From positions 77,562,001 to 77,626,000 of the forward strand of contig CM097883.1 of NCBI GenBank assembly GCA_044892505.1: a stretch of DNA of 64,000 nucleotides. The letters run 5' to 3'. The notes beneath the pieces are model-generated. The model saw only the letters and a program-made list of their open reading frames with translations. It did no database searches and had not been told where the DNA came from. The stretch comes from Schmidtea nova (taxonomy: Eukaryota). Shown one piece after another: positions 55,035 through 64,000 of this stretch (its first letter is position 1; each line of letters opens with the position of its first letter). The position numbers and the translations under genes are program-made.

Positions 55035-57008
55035 TTACTCTGTACCTGCCGCCCCCACACTATAGTTTTCGGATAAGAGGAATGTATTGATGGGCTTACC
55101 TTCATCATCCAACATTCCTCCCCGGGCCGTCAAAGTAATGTCCTCATTACCCTTGTCACACAATATTAAATCAATTCTTTTCTCTTTTATTTGAATTGTT
55201 GTTTTTCGAAATCCATTTTTTATCGCAAGGTTTATCGTCTCCTCGTGCTCAATTTGTCTTCCAAAATGAGTGCAGAGATCTTTTTCTGAGACATATTTCT
55301 TGTCTTTGTCTATTATGAAATCTGATTCTTCTGGTTCTGTCCAGTCGGCTAACATTTCAACGTTTGGTTCGGGTCCGATATCCTCTTCCATTATGTTGTA
55401 TTTATTACTTGTTGATGGTTCTTCATTATCTTCTTCCATTTTGATGTCGTTGCTGCTGGTTGAAGGTTCTTCTATGTTCTCATCTGCTGAGAAATATTCA
55501 TCATCTATATCACATTCGTCCATTCTTTCATATAGAATATTTTGAATTTTGGGTTCTGCTTTGATTCCTCTAGTTGGAGCGATAAGTGGTATTTCTTCTT
55601 TTATGATCATTAGTTCATCGTCGTCACTGTTCATGAGCTCTTCCATGAATGACTTTTTTGGTTTGTTATGATTGGTTTTTGTTGATTCCCCATGGGACGG
55701 CTCCATGCCTTCTCCATCTTCATATTCACTTTCTATCTCACCTTCTGCTTCGCTCTCTGTTTCGTTTTCGAATATTGTTTCTAGTTGTTCTTCTCCATTT
55801 GCTTGTTTCCTTTTAAGAAGTGTTGCGGAATCCCATTTGACAACTTCTTCCCATTTATTTTCTGTGATATCGTAGATAACTTTTAATAGCATTGTGGTGA
55901 TCTTTGTTGAGAATGGTTCTGGTTGTCTCAATATATCATTTAACTTTTTATCTTTATGCCAACTTTTATGGTAATTGATTACCTGGTAAGCCAAATTTGA
56001 TATTTTTATTTTTGGTGGGGCCACGTTTTTTACAAAAGAACACATGAATCGATCCTGTGCCATTTCTCTTATGCCCATAATGTTGTCCAGATCTATCGTC
56101 AATAGTTTTAACTTATCTATGATGTTGAATCCAACTATGATCTTTCCATAGAGAATGTTTCGAATTTCATTTAAGGCTTTATATTCGTCTTCATTTCCAA
56201 TTATGTTTTCTTTTGTAGCTTTAGTTTTTTCCGTGTAGAATTTTTCTACTTTCGTTCTTGGGGTGATGAATTTGTTATACAGAATTGCTCCTTTTCTGCT
56301 TCTGATACAAATTTCCACTGGTCTGAGATTTTTGTTTATATCTTGAACTACTTTTATACCCACCATTACAGTTAATGAATGCCTTTCTTCTGTCGTTAAT
56401 TCTTGATTCGTGAATGATATCTTCTGGTTGATCATATCTTCATTTATTTGTAGGATTGAATGTATTGGGTTTAATTTTATGAACGGATTTGGGATTGTCG
56501 GGATATATAGCACTTCGATTGCTATCACACATGGTAGGTTATTCATCTGCACTGTCAGCTCATTGAAATCGTTTGACATACTTCTGTCTTTTCTTATTAA
56601 CTTGATAACTGCTGAACAGTTGCTTGTGACAATTAACGGGATTTTATTTTGACATATTGCAACTTCTGTTTTTGTCATGTGGAATATTAATCTGTGAGGG
56701 ATTCTCTTGTTTTCGGCAACTTCTTTGTCGACGTTTTGGTATTTGTCGAAGGTTCCAATAAGCTCTTTGAGTTTCACTCTTCGGGCCTCATTGAATTTTA
56801 TCAGATGCATTTCCCGTTCTTCTATTTCGACTTTCATGTCGTTTGGGATACATATTTGATTTGGGAAACTGCGAATTGTAATTGGGGTTCCATCAGTACA
56901 TATCTTGTTCTGTAGATTTTTGTAAAAACTCATGTTGAGTTTGTTTATAAAACAAGTGTATTTCTGGTAGGTTCTTGATGGGTTGAAATGAGGTTGATTT
57001 TGATTCAT
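55035..57008 (-). CDS. 657-aa accessory protein containing a catalytically inactive DEDDh exonuclease-like domain and an acidic tail
   Basis: Open frame. The domain at about 55850-56380 aligns with the 48-49 kb exonuclease (GAILYNKFITP, GKIIVGFN, GIREMA), but the D-x-E, D and H-x4-D positions are replaced. MNQNQ at 57008 is the likely start. Confidence 0.75.
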   Translation of the reverse strand: MNQNQPHFNPSRTYQKYTCFINKLNMSFYKNLQNKICTDGTPITIRSFPNQICIPNDMKVEIEEREMHLIKFNEARRVKLKELIGTFDKYQNVDKEVAENKRIPHRLIFHMTKTEVAICQNKIPLIVTSNCSAVIKLIRKDRSMSNDFNELTVQMNNLPCVIAIEVLYIPTIPNPFIKLNPIHSILQINEDMINQKISFTNQELTTEERHSLTVMVGIKVVQDINKNLRPVEICIRSRKGAILYNKFITPRTKVEKFYTEKTKATKENIIGNEDEYKALNEIRNILYGKIIVGFNIIDKLKLLTIDLDNIMGIREMAQDRFMCSFVKNVAPPKIKISNLAYQVINYHKSWHKDKKLNDILRQPEPFSTKITTMLLKVIYDITENKWEEVVKWDSATLLKRKQANGEEQLETIFENETESEAEGEIESEYEDGEGMEPSHGESTKTNHNKPKKSFMEELMNSDDDELMIIKEEIPLIAPTRGIKAEPKIQNILYERMDECDIDDEYFSADENIEEPSTSSNDIKMEEDNEEPSTSNKYNIMEEDIGPEPNVEMLADWTEPEESDFIIDKDKKYVSEKDLCTHFGRQIEHEETINLAIKNGFRKTTIQIKEKRIDLILCDKGNEDITLTARGGMLDDEGKPINTFLLSENYSVGAAGTE

Positions 57009-57471
57009 CTTCGTTTTTGATTGGTATCGAATTGATTTCTTGATATATTGATTTGAGAGATGATTAATAAGGTTTTGACGGTTTAACAGAGATATAATTG
57101 AATATATTGAGATATATGGGTAATTGTCGTAACGATTCGATTGGTCTATAGAATTGACGAGATTGATTGGGTATTTTGTATAGAGATAATTAGTAGGGTT
57201 TTTTGATTGTTTGTTGTGACAGTTTAAAAAAGAGATGATTGTATTTATTGAGATTTTTGAATGGTTGTCGCAATGATTTGATTGGTGTGTAGAATTCACG
57301 AGATTGATTGGGTTTTCGGAGTTTGTTGGAACTTGCTTTGTTTTGCTCGTGTATTCTTTTCTAAAAATAAAGGATAAAGTTTTTTGTTTAAGGCGTATTG
57401 TCGGTTTAACCTTATACGCTATATAAATACGAATATATATGATTTTAATTATTATTATTGACCAAAACGTA

Positions 57472-57960
57472 TTATACCAATGTGGATTTTGTATATTCAC
57501 CTGGTATATATTTGCCCAAATGGAAATACCCTGGTACATTTCTGACCAGTCGGCTCCGATACCGCTGCCTTTTCCGTTTGTACTTTTTATAAATATGTAC
57601 GCTAGTTATTAAAGCTAAAACTGCTAATGCTATTATTGATGTTGTGATGACATAATAAGGCCAATGTGGCTTTTTATCCTCTTTACGAAATGCTTGTAAT
57701 TCCTCTAAGTTATGTATCACTATTGGTCTTCCTTGCCTTATTTTGATAGGTTCTTGTTTTTGTTTTTTGGCATTATATTGTTTTTGGAATTTGGCTATTC
57801 CAGTGCTTGTTGGTATTTCGTTTGTATGTGGTGTGGTATTTAGTATATTATCTGATGTCGTTGTTGTGCTTTTTATTCTATCGAGTGTTTTTGTTATGTT
57901 ATGATTTTTTGTTATATTCTTGGGTAATTGTTCTGTTTTTATTTTTTTTGCATCTCCATG
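57472..57960 (-). pseudogene. Frameshifted stalk + TM + basic tail of the post-integrase membrane protein
   Basis: Thr-rich stalk in a shifted frame (KSTTTTSDNILNTTPHT), then PHWPYYVITTSIIALAVLALITSVHIY-KKYKRKRQR. Confidence 0.7.
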
Positions 57961-60805
57961 TTGTTGTATCTGTGTTTCTCTGTATGCAGATTCTGTATAT
58001 TGTATTAGGTGTTAGTTTTGAGAAATTAATATAGCTTCCTCTTTCGATTTCGTTGGTTGTTCTGTCGTCTTTTCCTTTTATCATCTTTGGATTTTTCCCA
58101 TTCGTTGTTTGCATGTATATATCAATTACTCCTCTATTTATGATAAATACTCTAACTTCGTTTGTTGCTATTTTTATTAATATTTTGTCAAATTCTATTG
58201 TTTCGGTTGAGCCAACGAATGTTATGATTGTTAAGAAGATAGCTGATATTATTATTTTGTTATGAGATCTTAGATTATACTTGTGAGGTTTATCTATCGT
58301 GACCTCGGCTTCCGCCAACTTGCATCTGTTGACATGTACTACTATTGGATCCTCGTTTTTATGTTTTTGTAAGTGTAAATTCTCATTTATTACTTTTACT
58401 ACCTCATATGGACCTTTATATGGTCTTGCTAGTTTTGTTGTCTTTCCCTTTCCTACTTGTGGTGACATAAGTCTAACCTTATCACCTACTTTAAAGTTGT
58501 GTGGTTTACTATTTTTGTCGTAATCGGCTTTGTACTGTTCTTGTCTATATTTGACTTTTAGATTGGCTACTTTATACACTTCTTGCAGTTTTTCCTGCAT
58601 TAGTGTGACATAATCTGGTGCATCTAAATATTGTGATACTCGAGGTTCAAATATTGTATCTATTGGTGTTGCTGGTTCTCTTAAAAACATTAAATAATAC
58701 GGTGAATACCCTGTTGTTTCGTTTGGAGTGATATTATGAATGTATGTGCATTGACTTATGTATTCGTCCCAATCATTTTGATTTTTTCCTACAAAAACAG
58801 CTAGTCTGCTTAGTAATGTACCATTAAATCTTTCTACTAGTCCATCAGTTTGAGGGTGATACGCTGTTGTGTTAATCTTTTGCATATTAAAAATATTAGC
58901 TACTCTTTTTATTAATTCGCTAGTAAAATTTGTTCCTTTATCTGTTAATCTTTTGGGTGTGCCTATCTTGAAAATAATTTTTTCTATAAGCAATTTAGCA
59001 ACTGTTTCTGCTGTTTCGTCTTTTGTTGGAAATGCTTCTGCCCATCTAGTAAAATAATCACTAAATACTAGTATATGTTTATTCCCATTAATTGTAGTAG
59101 GTAATTTACATAGAAAATCCATTGCACATAGTTCCATTGGTGATGTCGTTGCTGGAATGGGATGTAACGGCGCTTTTGTTTTTGTACCTGTATTTTTTCT
59201 TGTTGCACATATTGTACACGCGTTACACCATCTCTTAACATCTTTCTTTAATTCTTCCCAGTAATATTTTTGTAATAATCTACTTGCTGTCTTTCTAAAT
59301 GATAAGTGACCTCCTAATGCTCCATCGTGATATTGTAGTAGGAGTATTTGTCTTAATTTCTGAGGTACTACTATTAGTTGCTTACCATTGAAATCTTCTA
59401 TTACTACTAATTTCTTTGATATTTTATACTTTGAATTGTTTTCTTTTCTGATTTCATTCCTTATTTTACTGATCTCTGGGTCTTTCATCTGTTCCTCATA
59501 TATATCGATTGGCTTTTCTGCTACTAGTGCAAATATTTCAAGTGCTCCTAATTCTGGTATTCTTGATAGTGCATCTGCGTTTTTATTTATTCTACCTGGT
59601 TTATATATAATTTTTAGGTGCATGTCTTGTATTTTCATTGCCCATTTAAGTAATCTACTTGATGTATCTTTATGTTTCCATAAGCCTTCTAATGGTTTAT
59701 GGTCAGTTCTTATTATCACTTCAGTCCCATATATGTATGGTTTGAATTGTTTTAGGGCGAATACTATTGCGTAACATTCTTTTTCTATTGTTGAATACCT
59801 CAGCTGTGCTCCTTTTAATGTTTTACTGGCATATGCTATTACGTAATCTTTCCCTTTTTCTTCTTCTTGGCCTAAGACTGCTCCTACGGCTTTCCCGCTG
59901 GCATCCGTCATTACTATAAACTGTTTTTCGAAATCTGGGTATCTTAACACTGGTGCTGTTATCAATCTTTCTTTTAGTTTATTGAATGCTTCTTGGTGTT
60001 CCTTTGTCCACTTCTTTTGTATCTTGTTAACTTTGCTGTTAATTTCTTGTACTATTAACACATTTTTGCATTCTCCTTTTGTTCTAATTCCCTTTGTTAG
60101 TTCTATTATCGGTGATGCTATCTTTGCATAATCTTGTATGAATTTACGATAGTACCCTCTTAGACTTAAAAACCCTTGTACTTGTTGTACTGTTTTTGGT
60201 ATTGGGAATTTCTTTACAACTTCTAATTTTTCTGGATTTGGTTTTATCCCTTCTACTGTAACTATATGCCCTAGAAATAACGCCGAAGGTTCTGCCCATT
60301 TACACTTAGTTGGTTTAATTTTAATTTTTGCTTTTCTTAGTCTCTCGAGTACATTTGTTATATCTTTTAAGTGTTCCTCAAATGTTTTTGATGATATTAG
60401 TATATCATCCATGTAAACTGCGCAATGTTGTACATTTACTAATATTGTGTTCATTAGGCGCTGAAATGTAGCTGGTGCGTTAGTTAACCCGAAAGGTAAT
60501 CGTGTATACTCATATAAACCATCCTCGATAACAAATGCTGTTTTTTCCGCATCCCCTTCCTCCATTTGAATTTGCATATATCCCTTATTTGCGTCAATAA
60601 CTGAAAAATACTTAGCATCCCTAAATTTATCGTATTGTTCTTGTGCTTTTGGGAATGGGTATGAATCTTTTACTGTTACATCATTTAATTTGCGATAGTC
60701 AATGCACATTCTTATTTCTCCGTCTTTCTTTTTAACGGGTACAATGGGTGATGCCCACTGTGAAAAACTCTGTTTTATTACACCTGCATCGTTTAGTTCT
60801 TTGAT
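57899..60805 (-). CDS. pol: RT-RNaseH-integrase fused in frame to a signal peptide + FN3-like ectodomain
   Basis: YMDD, TDASG, MDFLCKLP / TDKG / VERFN, GPYEV, then IIISAIFLTIITFVGS and SKLTPNTIYRICI. Joined to the upstream ORF across a single in-frame TAA at 60806-60808. Confidence 0.93.
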   Translation of the reverse strand: MKELNDAGVIKQSFSQWASPIVPVKKKDGEIRMCIDYRKLNDVTVKDSYPFPKAQEQYDKFRDAKYFSVIDANKGYMQIQMEEGDAEKTAFVIEDGLYEYTRLPFGLTNAPATFQRLMNTILVNVQHCAVYMDDILISSKTFEEHLKDITNVLERLRKAKIKIKPTKCKWAEPSALFLGHIVTVEGIKPNPEKLEVVKKFPIPKTVQQVQGFLSLRGYYRKFIQDYAKIASPIIELTKGIRTKGECKNVLIVQEINSKVNKIQKKWTKEHQEAFNKLKERLITAPVLRYPDFEKQFIVMTDASGKAVGAVLGQEEEKGKDYVIAYASKTLKGAQLRYSTIEKECYAIVFALKQFKPYIYGTEVIIRTDHKPLEGLWKHKDTSSRLLKWAMKIQDMHLKIIYKPGRINKNADALSRIPELGALEIFALVAEKPIDIYEEQMKDPEISKIRNEIRKENNSKYKISKKLVVIEDFNGKQLIVVPQKLRQILLLQYHDGALGGHLSFRKTASRLLQKYYWEELKKDVKRWCNACTICATRKNTGTKTKAPLHPIPATTSPMELCAMDFLCKLPTTINGNKHILVFSDYFTRWAEAFPTKDETAETVAKLLIEKIIFKIGTPKRLTDKGTNFTSELIKRVANIFNMQKINTTAYHPQTDGLVERFNGTLLSRLAVFVGKNQNDWDEYISQCTYIHNITPNETTGYSPYYLMFLREPATPIDTIFEPRVSQYLDAPDYVTLMQEKLQEVYKVANLKVKYRQEQYKADYDKNSKPHNFKVGDKVRLMSPQVGKGKTTKLARPYKGPYEVVKVINENLHLQKHKNEDPIVVHVNRCKLAEAEVTIDKPHKYNLRSHNKIIISAIFLTIITFVGSTETIEFDKILIKIATNEVRVFIINRGVIDIYMQTTNGKNPKMIKGKDDRTTNEIERGSYINFSKLTPNTIYRICIQRNTDTTTWRCKKNKNRTITQEYNKKS

Positions 60806-63800
60806 TTATCGTTTTATTTCCTCTCTTAACTTGTATGGTACGCTGTATGGTCTTTGTTTTATTGGTCTCGCATTACCTGTATCTATTACATGTTTGATTA
60901 TATCGGTATCCCCTAGATCAAATTCGTGTTTTGCAAAAACATCACTATATTTATCTATCAATGTTTGTAGTTGTGCTTGTTGTGTTATTGTTAAGTATTC
61001 ATTATTAATTTTTACTTTGTCATATGATTTTATATTATTTATCTTACTAGGTTCGACTACTCCCTTGCCATTATTATTCATCACGCTTATCTCACTGACT
61101 TCGTACGTTTTTTCTAATTCACCTTTGAATAATTTTCCCAATTTCGTACCTTTGTGTATTTTAACATTACTTTTTTCATAATTTGCTATTCTCAATGGTA
61201 TTATTCCCTTTCTCGGAATTACGCATTCATTGGTTAGCATTATATTCTGATTTTGTATAATTGCCGTTTCTGGCTCAAAAATAAAAGTGTCCTCACTTTT
61301 GATGTTAACTCTTAAGGGAATTATATGATCGCATTCATATTCTAATTCAAATGATTCTAATGCAACAACTTCTGTGAACTTGGATTTATGTTTAATTGCT
61401 TTTCTCTTTATCGTATTATCTGTTAAATCTATAATGCAATTTTCTAACTTGTTGAGTATATCGATTCCCAATATACATATGCTATTACATTCTTGCACCA
61501 CTTTAAATATGTGGTTTATTACCTGTTCTGGTGTTTCGACTATTAGTTCTATGTCTCCCTTTAGTGGAATACGATGTGCTGATAACGATACTACTTTATC
61601 CGTTGTGCTCATAATATTTCTTTTTTGATCATCTGTCAGTTGATCTTCTCTAATTAAGGATGTTGCTGCTCCTGTATCTACTAATGCATTTATGATTATA
61701 TTGTTTATAATTATTCTAAGTCTTGGTCTTGCTTCGTTTGCTGCATCTAATCGTTCCATTGTTTCGACTTCTAAGCTATAACAACCATATATCTTTTTAG
61801 GTTCACAATGACAATTCTTGTTTTCTCTAGGAATTTTTATTTCTATATTTTCTTGTAGCTCTTTTAGTTGTTCTCTTTGGTTTTCAAATAGTCCTTGTTG
61901 TGGTACATTTCCTTCATGTGATATATGCGCTTTAATTATTTCCTCATCGTTTTCATCATCTACCAATAATTGCCTTTCTTCATTCCTTTGGACTTTTATT
62001 AAACGTATTTCCTTGTCGTGTTTCGCCGTAATAAGATATTTAGCTATAAATGGGCACAAACATGCTAATAATTTATATGAATTTCCAAATACTTGTTTTA
62101 GCTGTTTCAGTGATACTAGAGAAGAACATATCATTTTTAGTAATGCAACCGTATAATATATACCTAAGATTGTAGAAAACATGTTTCCAAGGACTGCAAA
62201 GTATCCCCATATGCTATATAGTACTTTATATGCTACTTTTTTGAAGTATTCTTTTGATAATAACACATCAAAGTTGTAATTTCCTCCGTAACTTCCTTCG
62301 ATAACTCTGTTAACCATTATTGAAAGTACTCTTTCTTTTTCGTTTGGAAATAGCATGTGTTTTCTTGCACTTTCTATAGCTTCTCTCGTATATATACCAT
62401 TACTGTCCATATCGTTGATTTCTTTAAACTCTAATCTTTTTTCTAGCTCTATGAGTTCTAATTTGAGTGGTTTCATTGCCTCTTTTCTATCTGACATAGA
62501 TATCCACATTTCGTCATTTATTTTGTATAATGGGTCTAATAGGTTAGTGCATTTTTCTATTTTTCTCGGTATATATGTTTTTTCTGTTAATATTCTAGTA
62601 ATTGGTTGAAGGTATACCCTTTCTCCTTTATATATTACCGGTAATTCATTAGTGCACTGATTATTTGTTGCTAATGATACACTAACAGGTTTACATTGAA
62701 ATGTCTGTATCACTTCTCCTACTATCCTTGCAAATGTTCCTTCTTCTGAGAAGATTATTGGTGCCATTAAATCTTGGTTTGTTACCGCCACTGCCATTTT
62801 TGTCCTCAATATTTCTCTGTTGAGTTTGCAATCGCTCATAATTGTTGATTGATATACTTTATCTAGTTGTACTAGTTGGTTATGATAGAAAAAATCGATT
62901 TTATTGTTGAAGTATGATGCAAGTTTGACGTCGAATTTATTTACTTTTTGTTTTGCATCTTTGACTTCTTCTTTGCTTATGTATATCCCTTCATAATTAG
63001 TTTGTATTATTTCCTTACCACATTTTACACTTTTCCTTTTACTAACAAACCTCATTGCTTCGTTTTCAGATTCTGACATATATATTGTTGGTGTATCTTT
63101 TTCTTGTACAATTGTTGTTTTCCTTTTTTGATCTCTCACCCTTTTTGAGTCTACTTCTGTGAACTGTTTTCCTTTGATTTCCCTAAATTTTAATGATTTT
63201 AATTTTGTTAACTGACAATCATATTTATCTATTTTGTATATTAGCATTGATTCTCCTGTATCGCAATAAGATTCTTCTAATGTACAAAATTTGTATATCA
63301 TCATTTTCTTTGAGCTGCTGTCGAATGATGCTTTGAACTTTCTCAGTTCTACCATGTAGTGTCTCCTTACTACAACATTACTCAGTTTTTCGCCCCATAT
63401 TGTATATTCTCCTCCTTCACAATATCCTCCTTTTGATGTCCATCCCACGACATTTATATCTTGTCTCATTTTTGCTCCTATCCTTGCTTCTAATTCTATT
63501 CCTTTATGACCGCTATATTTTACTTTCTTTGTTTTAAATGCATCTTCACACTCTATTGGCGACAATATTACTGCTTCGGGTGTCCACGTAGGTTTTAACA
63601 CTGTTCTTGCCCCAACATGACATATATATGCTTCCTCCTGATACTTTACTATGCACTCTTTAGCCTCTGTATGAATAAAGTCTGATTCTTGATAAACATG
63701 GAATATTTGAGGCTCTGACATGATTAATTTAGTTGGATTTGCTTCAGGGCAATTTTCAACATCCAACAGTGAGTATTTTTGTCCCCACTTTGGATTTTGA

Positions 63801-64000
63801 CAATCATATGCTACCATTGCATTGCCCCCCTTGATTAAATCTAATAACAAAGTGATTATGACTATTACTATGGAGGTTATCGATTTACTCTCTGTCTTTG
63901 GTTTTACTGTTGCTTTCTTTATTAATTGTTTTATTACATCATCTGTATCACTCTCTTTATTCGTCGTATCTTTATCATATAATACTTTCCATCCTCCTTT
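60806..64000 (-). CDS. BH2-like motif + signal/TM + chuvirus-G-like glycoprotein + TM + protease + RT start (open at window edge)
   Basis: The frame is open from 64000: KGGWKVLY...SIVIVIITLLLDLIKGGNA-MVAYDC..YSLLDVENC...CTNELPV...WGYFAVLG (TM)...ALVDTGA (PR)...IKQRPY. Confidence 0.92.
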   Translation of the reverse strand, partial: KGGWKVLYDKDTTNKESDTDDVIKQLIKKATVKPKTESKSITSIVIVIITLLLDLIKGGNAMVAYDCQNPKWGQKYSLLDVENCPEANPTKLIMSEPQIFHVYQESDFIHTEAKECIVKYQEEAYICHVGARTVLKPTWTPEAVILSPIECEDAFKTKKVKYSGHKGIELEARIGAKMRQDINVVGWTSKGGYCEGGEYTIWGEKLSNVVVRRHYMVELRKFKASFDSSSKKMMIYKFCTLEESYCDTGESMLIYKIDKYDCQLTKLKSLKFREIKGKQFTEVDSKRVRDQKRKTTIVQEKDTPTIYMSESENEAMRFVSKRKSVKCGKEIIQTNYEGIYISKEEVKDAKQKVNKFDVKLASYFNNKIDFFYHNQLVQLDKVYQSTIMSDCKLNREILRTKMAVAVTNQDLMAPIIFSEEGTFARIVGEVIQTFQCKPVSVSLATNNQCTNELPVIYKGERVYLQPITRILTEKTYIPRKIEKCTNLLDPLYKINDEMWISMSDRKEAMKPLKLELIELEKRLEFKEINDMDSNGIYTREAIESARKHMLFPNEKERVLSIMVNRVIEGSYGGNYNFDVLLSKEYFKKVAYKVLYSIWGYFAVLGNMFSTILGIYYTVALLKMICSSLVSLKQLKQVFGNSYKLLACLCPFIAKYLITAKHDKEIRLIKVQRNEERQLLVDDENDEEIIKAHISHEGNVPQQGLFENQREQLKELQENIEIKIPRENKNCHCEPKKIYGCYSLEVETMERLDAANEARPRLRIIINNIIINALVDTGAATSLIREDQLTDDQKRNIMSTTDKVVSLSAHRIPLKGDIELIVETPEQVINHIFKVVQECNSICILGIDILNKLENCIIDLTDNTIKRKAIKHKSKFTEVVALESFELEYECDHIIPLRVNIKSEDTFIFEPETAIIQNQNIMLTNECVIPRKGIIPLRIANYEKSNVKIHKGTKLGKLFKGELEKTYEVSEISVMNNNGKGVVEPSKINNIKSYDKVKINNEYLTITQQAQLQTLIDKYSDVFAKHEFDLGDTDIIKHVIDTGNARPIKQRPYSVPYKLREEIKR

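Larger units (their letters stand above)
50114..64000 (-). mobile_element. Element 2: large Ty3/Gypsy-type LTR retroelement with the same architecture as element 1; 5' part outside the window
   Basis: Glycoprotein-PR-RT-RH-INT-membrane protein-exonuclease-like ORF, then an LTR-like segment 50114 to about 55027 interrupted by a nested Gypsy. Confidence 0.9.

Noticed and set aside
57009-57539. N-terminal 177 codons of the 834-aa track ORF
   Set aside because: Starts at a non-ATG inside the upstream membrane-protein tail; low-complexity with a ~141-bp duplication; probably UTR/promoter kept open by A-richness.

Overview
AT-rich eukaryotic scaffold (probably an invertebrate; host not identifiable from sequence) with six N-gaps. 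It is almost entirely nested transposable elements; no convincing host gene, rRNA, tRNA or CRISPR array was found. The main result is two divergent, minus-strand Ty3/Gypsy-type LTR retroelements that share an unusual architecture: element 1 is complete (26820-41166, 1057-bp LTRs, TATT target-site duplication, tRNA-Trp primer site) and element 2 runs from about 50114 off the right edge. In both, a cysteine-rich chuvirus-G-like (putative class III) glycoprotein lies UPSTREAM of, and in frame with, protease-RT-RNaseH-integrase. In element 1 the glycoprotein is preceded by a Bcl-2-like domain (BH1-like plus BH2 WIKGNGGW), and element 2 shows the same GGW motif at the window edge. In element 1 the Bcl-2-like domain is in turn preceded by two ubiquitin-like domains and Gag, all in one frame broken only by single TAA codons. 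A second type I membrane protein (FN3-like in element 2) follows integrase. Element 2 also carries a catalytically dead REX4/ISG20-like exonuclease ORF, and a decayed relative next to it keeps the DEDDh residues. The rest of the window contains Penelope-like elements with candidate hammerhead ribozymes (including a U3-A8 core variant), several hAT transposons nested with clean TSDs, a Tc1 DD34E transposase, a CsRn1-like gag-protease remnant, a short-LTR Gypsy, a solo LTR and a MITE. All domain calls are motif recognition by eye and need HMM or structure confirmation.
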